DNA of 64,000 nucleotides, taken from the NCBI GenBank assembly GCA_963529335.1, contig CAURZF010000002.1, positions 38,339-102,338 on the forward strand, read 5' to 3'. This document shows, piece by piece, positions 62,894 to 64,000 of this stretch; positions within the stretch are counted from its first letter, which is position 1; every line of letters begins with the position of its first letter. Under the pieces are notes generated by a model, which saw only the letters and a list, made by a program, of their open reading frames with translations, had not been told where the DNA came from and ran no database searches. The DNA comes from an uncultured Candidatus Saccharibacteria bacterium (GTDB lineage Bacteria; Patescibacteriota; Saccharimonadia; Saccharimonadales; Saccharimonadaceae). A program made the translations under genes and the position numbers.

Positions 62894-63727
62894 CTAACTT
62901 TTCTGTAACTCAGCCATGGCATTATTGGCGCGTAGCCAACCGCTCGGCGAACCGCATTCCATGTAGTCACCCTTGGCCTCGCCAACAGCGATGATACCGC
63001 CGCCCGCAATGTACGCGTTGATGGCGTCAGTCAGTTCAAACTCGCCGCGCTGCGGATTGGCAGGCAATGTCCGCGCCAGCTCGAAAATCTCTTTATTGAG
63101 AACGTAAAAGCTTGAATTACTAAGGTTACTCGGCGCTTCTTCCAGCTTCGGCTTTTCAATGATGCGGACAAAATTACCCTGCTGGTCGGTTTCGATGATG
63201 CCCGTTTGTGGAATAAGTGCCTCCTCAACAGGATTACCCAGCAAACCAGCCGACAAACCGTGCGCCTCCACCAGTTCCGCCAGATCGGCCGCATTTGAAC
63301 CGCCGTCACTACGCCAGAAAAACTGGTCGCCCATCACCACAAACGCCGACTCGCCTGGCTCAATAAATTCGCTAGCCAGCCCCACTGGGATACTAGTGCC
63401 GTAACCGCCCGTACCAGGCTGAGTTAAAAAATGTATTCGCACATCGCGCAGCGGCGCTACTAGAGGTAATTTATCTTCTTTACCGGCACGCCGCAGATAA
63501 TCGTTCAGCTGAATATTTGACCGATAATAACTCTGTACTTGAGTACTCTGCTCGCCCACCACGAAATAAATATCCTTGACGCCCGCCCGAACAATATCCT
63601 GCACGATATAATCAACCACCGGCCGCGTCCCCACCGGCAGCATACACTTTTCGATTGATTTGGTAATCGGCAGCATCCGCGTGCCCCAACCGGCGACTGG
63701 AATGATAGCTTTGGTAATAGTAGTCAT
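62894..63727 (-). CDS. galU: UTP--glucose-1-phosphate uridylyltransferase-like nucleotidyltransferase
   Basis: N-terminal KAIIPVAGWGTRMLPITKSIEKCMLPV, the sugar-nucleotidyltransferase signature. I moved the start to the ATG at 63725-63727. Confidence 0.82.
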   Translation of the reverse strand: MTTITKAIIPVAGWGTRMLPITKSIEKCMLPVGTRPVVDYIVQDIVRAGVKDIYFVVGEQSTQVQSYYRSNIQLNDYLRRAGKEDKLPLVAPLRDVRIHFLTQPGTGGYGTSIPVGLASEFIEPGESAFVVMGDQFFWRSDGGSNAADLAELVEAHGLSAGLLGNPVEEALIPQTGIIETDQQGNFVRIIEKPKLEEAPSNLSNSSFYVLNKEIFELARTLPANPQRGEFELTDAINAYIAGGGIIAVGEAKGDYMECGSPSGWLRANNAMAELQKS

Positions 63728-63820
63728 AGCTCTATCGTAACACTTAATTAACCTATGCGAAAATATGGCCAAGAAACCCTGGAAATTATAAGGGTGTACT
63801 CCTGGTCGCAATTTAGCAGC

Positions 63821-64000
63821 TTAATCAGCTTTCTTCAGGTAGATTTCTACCGGTTTACCGTCAATTTTAACGTTGTATTTTTCCATATCATCCGCCACAG
63901 GACCTATTTTTACAGCCAACGTCTCAGCCTTGATGGTATCGGCAAATACATCGACAGCTTGGGTGATTTCTGCGTCGCTGCTGGCGATATTCAATTCAAT
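63821..64000 (-). CDS. 3' end (59 codons) of a CDS entering from the right edge; possibly a class I aminoacyl-tRNA synthetase (IleRS-like) C-terminus
   Basis: The frame is open from base 64000 to a TAA at 63821-63823 (...IELNIASSDAEITQAVDVFADTIKAETLAVKIGPVADDMEKYNVKIDGKPVEIYLKKAD*). The functional guess rests only on the ...I.AETLA... pattern and is weak. Confidence 0.45.
   Translation of the reverse strand: MELNIASSDAEITQAVDVFADTIKAETLAVKIGPVADDMEKYNVKIDGKPVEIYLKKAD

Noticed and set aside
1-64000. Window-wide look for CRISPR arrays, rRNA/tRNA genes, IS elements or transposases, integrases, reverse transcriptase/DGR, and long tandem repeats
   Set aside because: I found none by eye. There is no regularly spaced direct-repeat array, and no ORF with DDE, tyrosine-recombinase or RT motifs. 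A computational repeat and tRNA scan (tRNAscan-SE, CRISPRCasFinder, ISEScan) would be needed to exclude short or degenerate examples.

Overview
This is a gene-dense 64-kb chromosomal window with about 70 protein genes, more than 80% of them on the minus strand. I found no rRNA, tRNA, CRISPR array, transposase, integrase or reverse transcriptase.

Most of the content is housekeeping:
- Translation: glyQS, serS, lysS, proS, rpsB-tsf-frr, rpmA, rplU, rpmE2, prfA-prmC, prfB, hpf.
- Envelope and division: murD, uppS, uppP, rseP, an LCP protein, lepB, ftsEX with a PcsB-like CHAP hydrolase and CtpA, and HtrA.
- Secretion and DNA metabolism: secA, recO, xseAB, rnhA, a Pif1-like helicase, parAB.

Several enzymes are unusually compact: MetK is 331 aa, ProRS is 412 aa without the editing insertion, and EF-Ts is 197 aa. 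The conserved rpsB-tsf-(pyrH)-frr-uppS-(cdsA)-rseP-proS cluster lacks pyrH and cdsA. Both points fit a reduced-genome, Gram-positive-like lineage such as CPR/Saccharibacteria, but that is inference only.

Regulatory elements read directly from the sequence:
- a SAM-I riboswitch with an SD-sequestering helix before metK;
- a CIRCE-like operator overlapping a consensus promoter before hsp20;
- a 39-bp perfect palindrome;
- several intrinsic terminators;
- a pervasive leaderless layout, with a -10 box 6-8 nt before the start codon at about 20 operon-leading genes, including a 21-bp divergent intergenic region with a shared palindromic -10.

Accessory or unknown content:
- a DUF4868/KwaB-like protein paired with a Pif1-like helicase (1329-3909). 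This is my best candidate for an undescribed system, and the family call is from memory only;
- an islet with two NUDIX genes, a CYTH remnant, a histidine phosphatase, a Doc/AbrB toxin-antitoxin pair and an AT-rich SAP-domain gene (7.7-11.4 kb);
- a sensor-less HK-RR-recO operon;
- orphan proteins at 19878, 29491, 40327/41688, 48563 (in the pyrH slot), 50790 (544 aa, AT-rich) and 53507.

Limits: all family assignments come from motif recognition by eye. I ran no searches. Start codons were refined manually, and composition statements are visual impressions, not computed values.
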